Of a stretch of 64,000 bases of DNA, positions 24,290 through 35,625 are shown piece after piece. The notes below the pieces were generated by a model. It was not told where the DNA came from. It was given only the letters and a program-made list of their open reading frames with translations, and ran no database searches. Numbering within the stretch: position 1 is the first letter of the stretch; every line of letters starts with the position of its first letter. This DNA comes from Hyaloraphidium curvatum SAG 235-1. Taxonomy: Eukaryota > Fungi > Monoblepharomycota. The stretch is from the NCBI GenBank assembly GCA_025558095.1, contig JAIVFI010000036.1:434001-498000 (forward strand), in the 5' to 3' direction. A program made the translations under genes and the position numbers.

Positions 24290-25732
24290 ATGGCGATGCT
24301 CCGCGCGATCGCCGCGCTGTTCCTCCTGGCGCTGGCGACGACGTTCATGCGGTGGGACTCGTCCGGCGCCGTGCCCGACGCGCCCGCGGCGTTCCCCGCC
24401 GCGCCGGTGCTCTCCCCGCCGCCCCCGCCGCGCCGCCCTCCGGAGCCCCCGGCCGCCGACCCGCCGCGCGACGCTCCGTCTCAGGAAGCCCCGCTCCCGC
24501 CGCCGCCCGCCAACGACGCGTTGGACGTGGCGGACCCGCCGCCGGACCCCTTCTCCAGCGTGCACCCCAAAACCCTGCAGGGCACCTTCGACCTCGCCGC
24601 GCCCGGGCTGGACGAGCTCGTGGCGCAGGGCGCTTTGCCGGGCTACGCGCTGTTGGTCTTCGACGGCCGCACGGGGAAGCTCGGATCGCGCTACGGCGGG
24701 TTCGCGGACGCCGAGCGCAACGTCAGGGCGTCGGAGGGGACGCTGTGGAGGTTCGCGAGCGTCACGAAAGCGGTGACCGCCGCGGCGGCGCTGGCGCTGG
24801 CGGAGCGGGGCAGACTGGACCTCAACTCGTGGGTCGAGAGGCACCTCCCCGAGTTCTCCTCCGCCTGGGTGTCGGCCAACGGGACCGACAAACAGCCGGC
24901 AAAGGAGAGGCTCAAGGTGGTGCATTTGCTGACCATGACGGCCGGGTACCCGTACGCTCCCCCCGAGCCCGCGCCCGGCGACCCGTACCGCGGGCTGGGG
25001 TTCAAGGGGTGGTACTTTTCCTCGGACTCGGTCCCCATCCGCGAGCGGGTGGGCGTGCTCGCGGGCGTCGCGGCGCGGCACGAGCCGGGGGAGGCGTGGA
25101 CCTACGGGTACGCTTCCGACATCCTGGGCGCCGTCCTGGAGGCGGCTGCGGGGGAGCCCCTGGACGCGCTGTTCCGCTCGCTGCTGTTCGACAGCGTCGG
25201 CATGAACTCCACGGCCTTCTTCGTGCCCCCGGGAAGGGAAGCCGACCTCGCGGCCGTGTACCTGACCGGCACCAACGGGCTGGAACGCGCGCCCGACGGC
25301 GCCGGCACCGCCGCGCAGGGGGACTACGCCTCCGGCCCGCGCAGGTGCTTCTCGGGCGGCGCCGGCCTGGTGGGCACCGCGGGGGACTTCCTGCGGTTCG
25401 CGAGGATGCTCCTCGCCAACGGCTTCCTGGACGGCGCGAGGGCGATGAAGCTCGCGTCCGTGTCGATGATGCGGCGGCCGTGGGTGCGGTCGCTCTACGG
25501 GAACGGGAACGCGGCGTGGGGGTTCTCGGTCGAGGTGAGGCCCCGCGGGAAGCCGACGGAGTACGGCTGGGCGGGGGCGTACGGCACCGCGTTCGCGGTG
25601 GTACCCGGGAGGGGGTGCTGGGTGTTTGCGTCGCAGGTGCTGGGCGGGGGGAGGGCCAGGGCGCAGGCGAGGGCGAGGGAGGCGGCCGGGGAGGCGCTGG
25701 CTGTGGGGGTTCGGGGGACGGAGGGGGGTTGA
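24290..25732 (+). CDS. Secreted/anchored serine hydrolase, beta-lactamase class C/esterase-like, intronless
   Basis: Signal-like N-terminus, SxxK (FASVTK), HLLTMTAG, EPGEAWTYG, GGAGLVGTAGDFLRF, YGWAG. Confidence 0.85.
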   Translation: MAMLRAIAALFLLALATTFMRWDSSGAVPDAPAAFPAAPVLSPPPPPRRPPEPPAADPPRDAPSQEAPLPPPPANDALDVADPPPDPFSSVHPKTLQGTFDLAAPGLDELVAQGALPGYALLVFDGRTGKLGSRYGGFADAERNVRASEGTLWRFASVTKAVTAAAALALAERGRLDLNSWVERHLPEFSSAWVSANGTDKQPAKERLKVVHLLTMTAGYPYAPPEPAPGDPYRGLGFKGWYFSSDSVPIRERVGVLAGVAARHEPGEAWTYGYASDILGAVLEAAAGEPLDALFRSLLFDSVGMNSTAFFVPPGREADLAAVYLTGTNGLERAPDGAGTAAQGDYASGPRRCFSGGAGLVGTAGDFLRFARMLLANGFLDGARAMKLASVSMMRRPWVRSLYGNGNAAWGFSVEVRPRGKPTEYGWAGAYGTAFAVVPGRGCWVFASQVLGGGRARAQARAREAAGEALAVGVRGTEGG

Positions 25733-26320
25733 GCGCCCGCCGAGTAAGAGCTGGGACGAGGGAAGGGAGAGTTGGATGACCGGCTAGTCAGGGTCGGGTT
25801 GATAATGGGAGCGGGGTCGAGGCTTGGGCAGAAGCGACACGCGCGTGAGGTGTCGGAGGGCGGGGGTCGGGCGGGTTACCCCTGGCCGAACGGCGGGTTC
25901 GGACAGCTCCAGATCCGTGCGTCCGTCCCCGGTCTCGATCGCGAATCGCATCGCCCTTGACTCACGCCTCGAAAACCGCCCGGCACGTTGCACAAATCCA
26001 GGATCAGATCCCTCTGCACAGTGGCCGATCCCCGATCCCGCCCGCATCGGAGGTCCGCCGTGCCGCGCAGGAACGCCCGATCCCGGCGGCGGTGGTCCGA
26101 TACCATCGCAGGGGATGTTCCACGCACGTTGGCGATGGTTTTCTCTTCCGGAAGGGGTGAAAAGCGATGAGGCGACAATCTGACGCCGGGGGCCAGACCG
26201 TTCGCCGCTCCCCCGAAAATCGAAAATGGGTCCGCCGTCGCCGCCCGCTGCCGCCGTCCCTGCCGACATCCCGAAACACCGCCGAACACTCGAACCCGCG
26301 ACACAGGATCCACGAGAAAC

Positions 26321-27010
26321 ATGCCGGACGGCGGTAACCCGCCTTCCCTCTTCCACGTTGTGCCCGCGCCGGCCCCGCCGCACGCCGCCGCCCGCGCGGT
26401 TCTCCCGCCCGCGCGCAAGGCCTCCTTGGACTCACAGGGCGGCGCGTGGCACTCCGCCGCCGCCGGACACGCATCCGAGCTGCTCTCCGCACTCCCCGCA
26501 CCCGGGTCCGCGGGGCGCTGGAGGTGCCCGCACTCGGACCCCTTTGGGGACGCCGAGGGCCACTGCTACCCCTGCCTTGCGGCCCTGGCGCGGCGGGCCT
26601 CCGAGCCCGGAGCGGAACGGCACCGCTCCCGAGCCCGCGGGGTGCTGCGGAGGACCGCCAGCGCGCCGCTGCCGAGGCGGAGGGTGTGCTTCGACCCCCA
26701 CGTCGCGTTCGCGGAGACGTGGGGGCCGGAGGAGTACGATCGGGGGATCCGGGTGCGCTCCGAGCCGCCCGTCGAAGAGGACGGCGACGAGGATACGGAG
26801 GACGACGGGGAGGAGGTGTGCGCCAGCCCGGACTCGGGGGTGGGCGAGCTCTGGACGGGGGTGCCGGAGCCGGCGGGTTTGCCCGATCTGAAGAGCTTCT
26901 GGGGAAAGGACGGGGGGCGCAGGGAGGCCGGGGTGCGGTGGAGGGCGAGGCCGGCGGATTCGTTGGGTAGGATGGGGAGCGAGGTCGTCGGGACTCGGTT
27001 CCACGTGTAA
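26321..27010 (+). CDS. Member F, carrying all three motifs (C-x-H/CxxC, SILK-like + RVxF string, LPDLKxFW)
   Basis: CPHSDPFGDAEGHCYPC; RGVLRR..RRVCFDPHVAFAETWGPEEYDR; GELWTGVPEPAGLPDLKSFW. Confidence 0.72.
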   Translation: MPDGGNPPSLFHVVPAPAPPHAAARAVLPPARKASLDSQGGAWHSAAAGHASELLSALPAPGSAGRWRCPHSDPFGDAEGHCYPCLAALARRASEPGAERHRSRARGVLRRTASAPLPRRRVCFDPHVAFAETWGPEEYDRGIRVRSEPPVEEDGDEDTEDDGEEVCASPDSGVGELWTGVPEPAGLPDLKSFWGKDGGRREAGVRWRARPADSLGRMGSEVVGTRFHV

Positions 27011-27059
27011 CACGAAAATGCACGGCAACTTCATTGGACGAAATGCACTGCAAATCGCA

Positions 27060-28359
27060 TCACAGCCCGGGCAACGAAACCTTCGTGGCCGGCGCGGCCG
27101 CCACCGCCTTCTCCACCTCGGCATCCGAAGGCACGCGCCCGTGCCCGAGCTCCTTGACCAGGTACCTCCGCAGGTCGAACTCCGCCCCCTCCGCCTCCGC
27201 CGCGTGCCGCTCCATCACCTCCCAGGCGCGTGAATCGCGCTCCTTTCGGGCCTCGGCGAGCAGCTTCTCCTTGGGGAACCACTCGTCGAAGTCGCGGAAG
27301 TTGACGTGCCCGCGGCGACCGGCCTCGGGGAAGCGCAGGTCCGCCGGGTTGAGCACCTCTCTGACTGCCTTTTCCACCAGGGGGATGCAGATGTCGTGCG
27401 CCACGTCTGCGAGGACCGCGTCCGCCCTGAGGTTGTCGATCGCCCGGTCGGTGCCTGGCCACGTGATCTCCGCGGAGATGATCCCGGAGTAGCGCTTGAG
27501 CTGCTTGTCGACGGCCTTGCGGAGATTCACCCTGCGTTTGTCCAGGCGGCACTCCGCCATGGCCGCCGCGCCGTCGACGCCGCCGTGGCACTGCCACTGC
27601 GCCATGAGCACCTCCCTCCTGTTGTACTGCGGAGGGCGGTCGGCCCGTTGGCGCTTCCTGCACCCGTCGCATCCGCAGCCGGGAACCCACCAAGTGCACG
27701 TTCGCCGTCCTCCTGCCGTAGCCGTAGCCGTGGCCCCTCTCCACGGTGCGGAAAGGCAGCCCCTCGAACACGGCCTTGGGCAGCCCGATCCTCGCGACCG
27801 CGGTCCGGTTCATCCTGCCGTACCGCGCCCTCGTCCACTCCTCCGAGGCCAAAGACCGCTCCCGCACCCACGCGCTGCGGTCCCACAGCTGCGCTAGGCA
27901 CGCCGCGCAGAGCCTTTCGCGCACGCGCCGTGCGGTCGCCACGAAGAACGGGAGGTCCGTCGCGAGCAGGCAGTCCAAGCGGAGGCAGAGGTGCTTCCCC
28001 TTTGCGCGGAGCTTGGCGAGGACGAAGCCGGCGTCGGGGGGTTCGGCCTTGCGGGAACGCTGCGGGCGGACGACACGTCATCGCTGCATCCCGGCGGCGA
28101 CCCCGCGGGAGGCTACATGCTTCCACCCGTTACGCTCCGCCGCCTTGCGCCACCACGGCATCCCGTCGAACGCGGCCATCATCGCCCTGCAGGTGCGCGC
28201 CAACTGGAAGACGGCGGGGATGCCTCCCTCCACCGCGGCAAGGGCGAGGAGGCGCTGCCGCAGCTCGGGAGCGAGGCCGGGGAGGGTGGGTGATTGAGGA
28301 GAGAGGAGAATGGGGGAGGGGAGGGCGGGATGGCGGCGTTTGGTCGCCCGGGGGGGCAT
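27060..28359 (-). CDS. Divergent F-box-like protein with Cys motifs (multi-exon)
   Basis: LPGLAPELRQRLL..LARTCRAM..WWRK (F-box-like), LCLRLDC..LCAAC, HGGVDG. Pieces in ORFs 28078-28425, 27031-27978 and 27060-27611. Confidence 0.55.
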
Positions 28360-28944
28360 CGTCGGACTGGAGTGATTGGACGCAGGTGCGGGTGGTGATT
28401 CATCAGCGCTGTCACGCACGACCACCCCATCTCGTTGTCGGCCTTACATTCTTTGGTCCGGGAGAACCGGTCGGCGCGGCGGAGCTAGCGCCGCCGGCCT
28501 CCGGGCGTCCGAACCGAGTGAGGCGGAAGTTCCTCTTCGCTCGATGCCACAGGGGTTGTTTCCGCCGAGACCAGGCCTTGCATGTCAGATTGCAGTCTCC
28601 CTTTCGACGACTCGGGCTTAGCGGGCAGAATTTGGACTCGAGGGACCGACAAGCATCTCGCGCACGGGCGAGAACCAATGCCGTGGGACGCCGCCTGGGC
28701 ACGAGTGGCACCGAGTGGCAAGGACGGCGGTGGGCATGCAGATGCACGCACGCGGATGCTCGGCCTTGGTGCGTGGACACAACGTCAGCACTGTTCGAGG
28801 CATTTGAATCCGCATGCGACGGCGCACTGCGCAGACGCCTTTGGTTGTGGTCGGCGAGCAAGGGCCTGGGCCGCGGGTACGGTCGCCGCCGCACCGGGAT
28901 CGCCCGCCGCAAGTGAGCACAACAACCGCCGCTGCCCCGCGCCC

Positions 28945-31320
28945 ATGGCCCTCGAGACAGCGGACGACGACGACGACAACGATCGGGCGGTCGTGCCGGT
29001 GCGAATCCGCACGCGGGGGCTGCCGGCGGCCGGCGGCGTGGCGTGGGCGGCGGCGCACATCTTCGCGGGTGCGGACCCGCGGCAGCGCCTCGCGGTGGTG
29101 CCGGCGGCCGTGGCGGCGTTCCCGGACGACGACGCGCGGCTGACCGGCGACGGGTTTTCGATGCTGCTGAAGGCGGGGCTGGCAGCCCGCCCGCCAAAGT
29201 CGCTGCCGCTGTGCGACGCCGGCGTGCTCGAGTGCCTCTCGCCGGGGGAAGCGCACAGATGCGAGCCGCGGCTGCGTGCGCTGTGGTCCTCCGAGCTCAT
29301 CGTCAACCTCCTGCTGTGGCTGGGCGCACGCTCGGCAATCACCGGAGCCGTGGCGGGCTCCGAGGTTGTGTCGCACGTGCTTCCGCTGCCCGCCGTGGCC
29401 GCCAGGCTCGAAGCCCGTCTGGAGCGCATTCTGCGCACGGAGCTGGCCGCGTTCGCCTCGGAGGCTGCCGCCGCCGCCGAGGGCAGGCCGGCATCGCTCC
29501 TCACGCCCCGGTTCGCGGCACTGCAGATCTCGCTCGCGTGGGCAGCCACCCTGGGCCTGACGGCGCTCTCGCGCTCCTCCGTCGCCGTGACCTTCCTGAA
29601 GCTCCTCCTGTTTGTCTGGCGGGCCTCATGCTTCCTGCATGCCCCGCAGCACGCCAGCCTCGACGACGTGGTCTACCGCGAACACTTCCACTTTGCCGTT
29701 TGGCTGGCGCACAACACGCACGCCGCGCTGCGCGCCACGGGGGCAATCGAGGAGCCGCTGTTCGACGCCGCCAAGGAATTCGGCGCCGTCCCCCTCCCCC
29801 TGCCCTTTTCCCTGATGGCGGACCTCCCCCCCTCCTCGGGACGCCCGCGGAAAGCACCCGTGCCGGACATCATCGCCGCGGTCCCCCGGGCGACCTTTGC
29901 CGAGGTCGTCCGGATCACCGACCCCGTGCGGTCGCCGCTGCCCGGGGGCATGCACCGCCGCGTGCTCTCGCGGTGCGCTTCGAACCTCTTCGCGTACGGC
30001 ACCTCGCAGTTCGTCCCCCTGGTTTTGAACGCACACGCCGCCGCCGCCGAGTTTGCCTCGTGGCTCCGCGTGCGGGCGGGGCTGTCGGTGCTGGACGTCC
30101 TGGTCGCCGAGGCGCTGTCGGCGTTTGCCCGCGCCGATCCGGCGCTGGACATGCTCCCCGCCGGGTACCTCCCGGCGCTGGCATCCAACCCCCACATCGC
30201 CGAGGCCGTCTCGCGGCGGCGGCGGCTGGCCGACGGCGTGGCGGCGATCGAGCGCGGACTGCCCACAGGCCTCTTGGACGCGGTGCGGGGGAACGATCCG
30301 GAGCTGCTCGCGCGCGTGGTGCCCCCGACGGTGGATATGGGCGAGACGTCGCAGATCGTGGGGTACGTGACGGTGCTGGGTCTCGCGGGGATGCTGCTCG
30401 TGGCCCCCGAGCCGTTCGCGGACCTGTCGCGGGTGCTCCCCGGGGACGGCGAGTCGGCCATGTGGGACAGTGCGTCGGAGCTCCGCGGCGGCGACCTGTC
30501 CGGGACCTTGTCGTCCTCCAGCGACTCGGCGGGGGAGGACGCAAACCCCGCCGCGGGCCTGGTGCGCTTCTGGTTCTCCACACCCTCGTGCCGCCTCGCT
30601 GCGCAGCTCGCCTCCTCCGTCTCGGGCAACCTCCGCCTGCTCTCGCGCTTCCCCTCCCGGAGCGCCGCGACCCTGTACGTCTCGTGCGTCTCGGCGACCT
30701 CCGCGGCGTGGATGCACCTCCTGCTGCTGCGCAACTTCTCCGCGCTCTTCTCGGGCGCGGATGCGGCAAGCATGTCGCGCGCGCTGGACATCCGTGCGCT
30801 GCTCGCCGCCGACGTGCGCGCGTGCATCGCGGTGCTCGAGCTCCCCGGCGCGCCGCAGTACGCCTCGGCGGCGTCGCTGCTGCGGCAGCTGCTCTCCGAC
30901 TCGGGAGCGCGCATCACCCGCGGCGAGATGCAGCTCCTGCGGATGGCGCGGAGGGAGATGTCCGGGTGCCGCCACGCCGAGCGGGGGGAGGACGACGGCG
31001 CGTGCTGGGCGTGCCTGTCGGGGGTGAGGGGGGACGACCCGATGGCGGGGATCGAGGCGCCCGAGATCCCCGCGGGGAGGTCGCCGCAGATGGCCGGGTC
31101 GCCGGGCGGGAAGAGGGTCAGGTTCGACGCCGAGGTGAGGGTGGCGGTGACGTGGTCGGCGGACGAGTACCCGGGGAGGTCGCAGCGCGCGGCGGACTTT
31201 GTCGGAGAGGGGGGGGAGGAGATGGAGAAGGAGAGGGCGGCGAGGGCCGCGGAGAAGTGGGCGGCGCTAAGCGCGCTGCGGCGTGGGATGCAACCGGAGG
31301 GGAGAGGGGTGCAGGCCTGA
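28945..31320 (+). CDS. Large helical protein with C-terminal C-x-H/CxxC + RVxF module (member G); body weakly resembles a fungal transcription-factor middle homology region
   Basis: Long open Ala/Leu-rich ORF; C-terminus CRHAERGEDDGACWAC..KRVRFDAEVRVAVTWSADEYPGR. Confidence 0.7.
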   Translation: MALETADDDDDNDRAVVPVRIRTRGLPAAGGVAWAAAHIFAGADPRQRLAVVPAAVAAFPDDDARLTGDGFSMLLKAGLAARPPKSLPLCDAGVLECLSPGEAHRCEPRLRALWSSELIVNLLLWLGARSAITGAVAGSEVVSHVLPLPAVAARLEARLERILRTELAAFASEAAAAAEGRPASLLTPRFAALQISLAWAATLGLTALSRSSVAVTFLKLLLFVWRASCFLHAPQHASLDDVVYREHFHFAVWLAHNTHAALRATGAIEEPLFDAAKEFGAVPLPLPFSLMADLPPSSGRPRKAPVPDIIAAVPRATFAEVVRITDPVRSPLPGGMHRRVLSRCASNLFAYGTSQFVPLVLNAHAAAAEFASWLRVRAGLSVLDVLVAEALSAFARADPALDMLPAGYLPALASNPHIAEAVSRRRRLADGVAAIERGLPTGLLDAVRGNDPELLARVVPPTVDMGETSQIVGYVTVLGLAGMLLVAPEPFADLSRVLPGDGESAMWDSASELRGGDLSGTLSSSSDSAGEDANPAAGLVRFWFSTPSCRLAAQLASSVSGNLRLLSRFPSRSAATLYVSCVSATSAAWMHLLLLRNFSALFSGADAASMSRALDIRALLAADVRACIAVLELPGAPQYASAASLLRQLLSDSGARITRGEMQLLRMARREMSGCRHAERGEDDGACWACLSGVRGDDPMAGIEAPEIPAGRSPQMAGSPGGKRVRFDAEVRVAVTWSADEYPGRSQRAADFVGEGGEEMEKERAARAAEKWAALSALRRGMQPEGRGVQA

Positions 31321-32414
31321 CGTGTTGGGGGGGTGTACAGGGGGTCGGGCATCGATTTTGCGTGATGATTGCGCGATTCGAAGTCGCCGGCGTGCAAAGC
31401 CACCGAGTTGCAGAGATTGCGAGCAGCGCGGGTTTATCCTGAACTCGAGGAGCGGAAGCCCGGCCGGCACGAGTCGGGGCTTGCCGACGCAGTTGCGACC
31501 TGTCCTGCAAGCAATGGTGCACTCTGGCAATCAGGGGAGCGGGTAGACACCAAGGGATGTCGCCTGCGGTCATTTCGAGACGGTGGGTCGGTGCTCGAGG
31601 GGGATTGGTCGAGCTGAGGGGGATTTCGATGATTCATCATTGCTGTGTTCCACAACTCGGCAGAGCAGAGGTGGTGCCCGCCAGTCTAGGTGCTCCGGGC
31701 GGCCGTGCTGGAGAGTTCGAACCCATCCACCACCTCCCCGCGGTCCCGCCGAGCCGCAGGTCCCCAGCAAACCGGACCGACACCGCCCGACGGGACCCTG
31801 CGGGCGGCCTCTGCGGAGGGGACACCGGTCCCGTCACATGGGCCGCCTTTCCGCTCTGGCGGGCAGCGCCGGACGTTCGCCGGACCAGGCAAACCGGCGG
31901 CGGTGTTTGTCTGCCGGTGCGGTGGTGTGGATGACACTGCTGATTGGGACGCGGATGATGTGTGAAGCCGCCGGCCGTGCGAAGGGTCTTCCTCGGCCGC
32001 CGTTGCCGCACCACCAGCCCCGTCGGCGGGCCAATTGCAGATCTCGGGCGCCGGGGGCCGCGGGGGGCCGCCATCACGCCCGGATGGCGGATGGCACCTA
32101 TGCTACCCGCCGGGACGGCGCTCGCGGTCGGCGGGGGGGCGCTCGGGGTTGCCGATCCGGGTTCCGCCGTGCCGATCGGCGGGCGGGTTGTGCCGCCGGG
32201 TGGTGCGCCGCGGCCGGCTCTCCCGGGCAACAGGGGCCGGGTGGGACGCCTAACGACGTGGATGGCCCGGGGAGGGCACGGTAGGTGTTGCCGGGGCGGG
32301 GCAGCGCCGGATGGACGTGCCGATCTGGTGATGGCCGCGCGATGGCAATTGCGCCGCCGGTTGATGGCTGGCCCGCAATCGCTTCTCTTCCTCCTCCTCC
32401 CCCCCGCCCCGGCG

Positions 32415-33809
32415 ATGAAGGTGCGCCGGCCGCCGCCGCCCCGCGCCCCGCGCTCACGCGGCCCTCCCGCGCAGGTCCAGTCGGCGGCGCTGCTGCTGCT
32501 GGCGGCCGCGGCCGCGCTGCTCCTGGCCGGCCCGGCGCCCGCCGCGGCGCAGGCCTCCCCCAACGCCAACAGCGTCGCGTGGGTCCGCGGCAACACCTGG
32601 TGGGACTGCGCGGAACGGTGCGCGGCCCCCGCTGACCCGCCCGCCCCGCCCGCAGCGTGCCCGGCCAGAACGTCGGCAGCTGCTGCTGGTGCGTGCCCCC
32701 GCGCCCCGCCCTCGCCCGCTCCCGCTGCGATCTCACCGGTGGCTCATCCTGCAGTGCCAAGCGCGCCAAGACGGTCCAGGTCACGAAGTTCACGACTCGG
32801 ACCGCCATCAAGACGATCAAGCGCACAAAGACCGTCACGCGCACGGTTACCACCACCAGCGTGGCCGTGCCCCGCCGCCTGGCGGAGCGCGACGCCGCCC
32901 CCGAGGTGGTCGAGCGCGCGCTGCCCGAGGAGCCCGAGGTCGCCGAGGCCGAGGAGGTCGCCGCCCCCGAGGTCGCCGAGCGCGCCGTGCCCGAACCCGA
33001 GACCGAGCTCGCCGAGGCCGCCGACGAGGCCATCACCGCCGCGCCCGGCCACGAGCTGTTTGCCCGCAACCTTTGCCAGGCCTGCCCCGCCGGCGTCAGC
33101 GTCCGCGTCGGCGCCAACAGCAACAACAACGCCCGGCGGTGCTGCCCGCGCGCAACCAAGTTCGTCACCCGGACCAAGACAACCACCAAGGTCACCACCA
33201 AGACCGTCAAGACCGCCACCAGGACCGTCACCACGACCAGCGTGCAGCCCGCGGCGTTCAACGTCCCTGTGCAGGTTCTCAGCCAGACCGGTGGGCACAT
33301 GCGCGCGCGCATGCGCCGGCCCCGTTCCTGACCGCTCCACGCCTCCCCCCGGCAGTCCGCCGTCTCGCCGCACGCCAGGGCACCCCGGTTGCCAGGGCCA
33401 CCGCCCGCCTCCTGGCCCCCGACAACACCGTCCTCGGCTCCTGCGTGACCGACGCCTCGGGCCGCTGCAACATCGTGGGCGGCGCCCCGCTGGCTCCCAA
33501 CACCGTCTACAGGGTCGAGGTCACCCTGGAGGACGGCACGCCCGCGCCCAACACCGGTGCCGTCTTCAGGACCAGCGACACCGGCGCGCCGCCGCCGTTC
33601 CCGCCCACCGGCATCCCCATCGTCATCAACGACGGCGTACGTCCCCGCTCCGGCCTGCACCCCTTGGCACCCGCTCACCCGCTTCCCGCATGCAGGAGGT
33701 CACCACCGTCAGCATCCGCCGCCGGGAGCTCGTCGCCCGCCGCGAGGCCGACGGCGTGTTCCGCCGCGCCCTCAAGGCCCGCGCCACGCCCGCGCCGGCG
33801 CCGTTCTGA
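32415..33809 (+). CDS. Secreted Thr/Lys-rich, Cys-containing protein (multi-exon)
   Basis: Signal AALLLLAAAAALLLAGPAPAAA; KTVTRTVTTT repeats, acidic EPEVAE repeats, CQACP..RRCCP, C-terminal beta-rich domain (GSCVTDASGRC). Confidence 0.7.
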   Translation: MKVRRPPPPRAPRSRGPPAQVQSAALLLLAAAAALLLAGPAPAAAQASPNANSVAWVRGNTWWDCAERCAAPADPPAPPAACPARTSAAAAGACPRAPPSPAPAAISPVAHPAVPSAPRRSRSRSSRLGPPSRRSSAQRPSRARLPPPAWPCPAAWRSATPPPRWSSARCPRSPRSPRPRRSPPPRSPSAPCPNPRPSSPRPPTRPSPPRPATSCLPATFARPAPPASASASAPTATTTPGGAARAQPSSSPGPRQPPRSPPRPSRPPPGPSPRPACSPRRSTSLCRFSARPVGTCARACAGPVPDRSTPPPGSPPSRRTPGHPGCQGHRPPPGPRQHRPRLLRDRRLGPLQHRGRRPAGSQHRLQGRGHPGGRHARAQHRCRLQDQRHRRAAAVPAHRHPHRHQRRRTSPLRPAPLGTRSPASRMQEVTTVSIRRRELVARREADGVFRRALKARATPAPAPF

Positions 33810-34176
33810 GCGGGAGAGGGGAGTAGGAGTTCCTATGTCGCCGGAGGTTAGAGTTACGCTATGGTTATTAAAGGGTGTGCATCTTTACTGCGGGAGGGGC
33901 GGCCCGGTGCGCGTGCGGAGATAGTCCATTGACGGGTGGGGGATGCGGATCTGCATCCCGCGGTGCACGCCGTGCATCCTGCCGATGCCGGACTCTCCGG
34001 CTCTGCATCGCGGATGCGGGCGGCGCGGTCGCTTGGTCTCGGAGTTCCGCGATCCCGCTGGTGCGTGGAGCAGGGCCGGGATGCGCCAAACACCAGAGAG
34101 GGTCCCTCCCGCCCAAACCCTCCCAGGACAATCGTAGGCGATCCAGCCCCTCATAAACCCGCGAATCGCGTTTTGT

Positions 34177-35532
34177 ATGCCCTCGACTACCGATCCCCCG
34201 CTGGGCGGCGCCGCCTCTTCCCTGCGGCCACTGTCGGCCACCCTCCGCCTCCCCGCCGGCGCCCCCCCTCTGACGCTCGATATCCGCGCCGTGCTGAGCC
34301 CGCTCGTCGTCCGCACGCGCGGCACCTTCGCCACCGCGCACTCGGCCACGGACTCGCGGCTGAATGCGCTGCTGGAGGTGTTTCTCGCGGGCGAGAGGGG
34401 GGTCGGCGAGGCGGCGATGCCGCCGCTCAAGCCGGGCGTGTACGACGCCGATTGGGCCAACGTGTCGGCGGCCTTTGCCGCGTTCGCCGGCCACTTGAAC
34501 TCCGGACCGGCGCCGCGGGAGGACGCCGACCCGTTCGCCGGGCTGCCTCCCGCCGCGTTCGCGGACCTCCGCGCCGGCGGCGGGCCCGAAGACCGCGCCC
34601 TCCGCGCGCTGCTCCTCGCCGCCGACGCCTTCCTCGCCTCCCGCCGCAGGCCCGAGGACGCGACCTTCCTGTGCGCCCTGGAATCCGCCGCCCTGGACGC
34701 GTGGGGACGGCTGCGCGGGAGGTCGGTCGCCGACCTCGCGGGGAAGCCGTGGCCGGGCCCGCGGGAGTACAGGACCTACCTCGCCGTGGGGCTCGGCAGT
34801 CCGCAAGGGGTGCTGGCGGAGCTGCCCGCGGCGCTGGGCGCGACGCCGCTGCTCAAGCTGAAGCTGGACGCGGACCCGGCGCGCACGCGGGAGCTGCTGC
34901 GGCTGGCGGTCGGGTACCTGGACGGATATGCGGAGGGGATGGATTGGAGGCTGACGGTGGACGCCAACGCGGCCTGGGGCTCGCCGGAGCTCGCGTTGGC
35001 GCACCTGGCCGAGCTCGGGCCGCATGCGGCGAGGATCGCGGGGCTGGAGCAGCCCTTCCCCGTGCACCTCGCCGACGTCACCCCGTGGCTCCCCCTCCGC
35101 GCCGCCGCGCGGGAAGCGGGGATCCCACTCCTCGCGGACGAATCCGTGCATTCCCCCGCGGACCTGGAGCTCCTCGCGCCGCTGATCGACGGCGCGGTGC
35201 TCAAGCCCGACAAGGCGGGCGGGCCGCGGGGGTTCCTGCGCCTCGCCGCGGCGTGCGCAAGGCTCGGCTTGGCGCCGTGGGCCAGCAACATGGTCTGTTC
35301 GGGGCTGGGGAGCACGGTGGCGGCGCAGATGATGCCGGCGGGGGGGTGTAAGGATGGGAACGTCGACGGGACGCTGTTGACGGTGGATGGCGGGATGGTG
35401 GGGGGGATACAGGTGGGGGAGGGTGGATGGGTGGATTGTCCCGTGGGGGAGGGGGGGTGGGGGATCGAGGTGCCGAGGCCGGATATGGAGGGGGCCGTGG
35501 ATGTGTCGGGCGGGCTACCGGCTGGAGCGTGA
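34177..35532 (+). CDS. Enolase-superfamily enzyme, dipeptide epimerase/muconate cycloisomerase-like, intronless
   Basis: GVGEA, ALESAALDAWGR, KxK (LKLKL), metal ligands VDAN / EQP / ADES, VLKPDKAGG. Confidence 0.85.
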   Translation: MPSTTDPPLGGAASSLRPLSATLRLPAGAPPLTLDIRAVLSPLVVRTRGTFATAHSATDSRLNALLEVFLAGERGVGEAAMPPLKPGVYDADWANVSAAFAAFAGHLNSGPAPREDADPFAGLPPAAFADLRAGGGPEDRALRALLLAADAFLASRRRPEDATFLCALESAALDAWGRLRGRSVADLAGKPWPGPREYRTYLAVGLGSPQGVLAELPAALGATPLLKLKLDADPARTRELLRLAVGYLDGYAEGMDWRLTVDANAAWGSPELALAHLAELGPHAARIAGLEQPFPVHLADVTPWLPLRAAAREAGIPLLADESVHSPADLELLAPLIDGAVLKPDKAGGPRGFLRLAAACARLGLAPWASNMVCSGLGSTVAAQMMPAGGCKDGNVDGTLLTVDGGMVGGIQVGEGGWVDCPVGEGGWGIEVPRPDMEGAVDVSGGLPAGA

Positions 35533-35625
35533 GAGGCGGACGCGCGAAGCCGTCCGCAGCGAGAACAGAGTAAACAGGGAGGATGGTAGCTCCATAAGTA
35601 CCCCGAGCTGCGGATGCCGGCCCCG

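Noticed and set aside
24290-25732. Antibiotic-resistance beta-lactamase
   Set aside because: The SxxK serine-hydrolase fold is shared with many esterases and peptidases; nothing in the sequence shows lactamase specificity.
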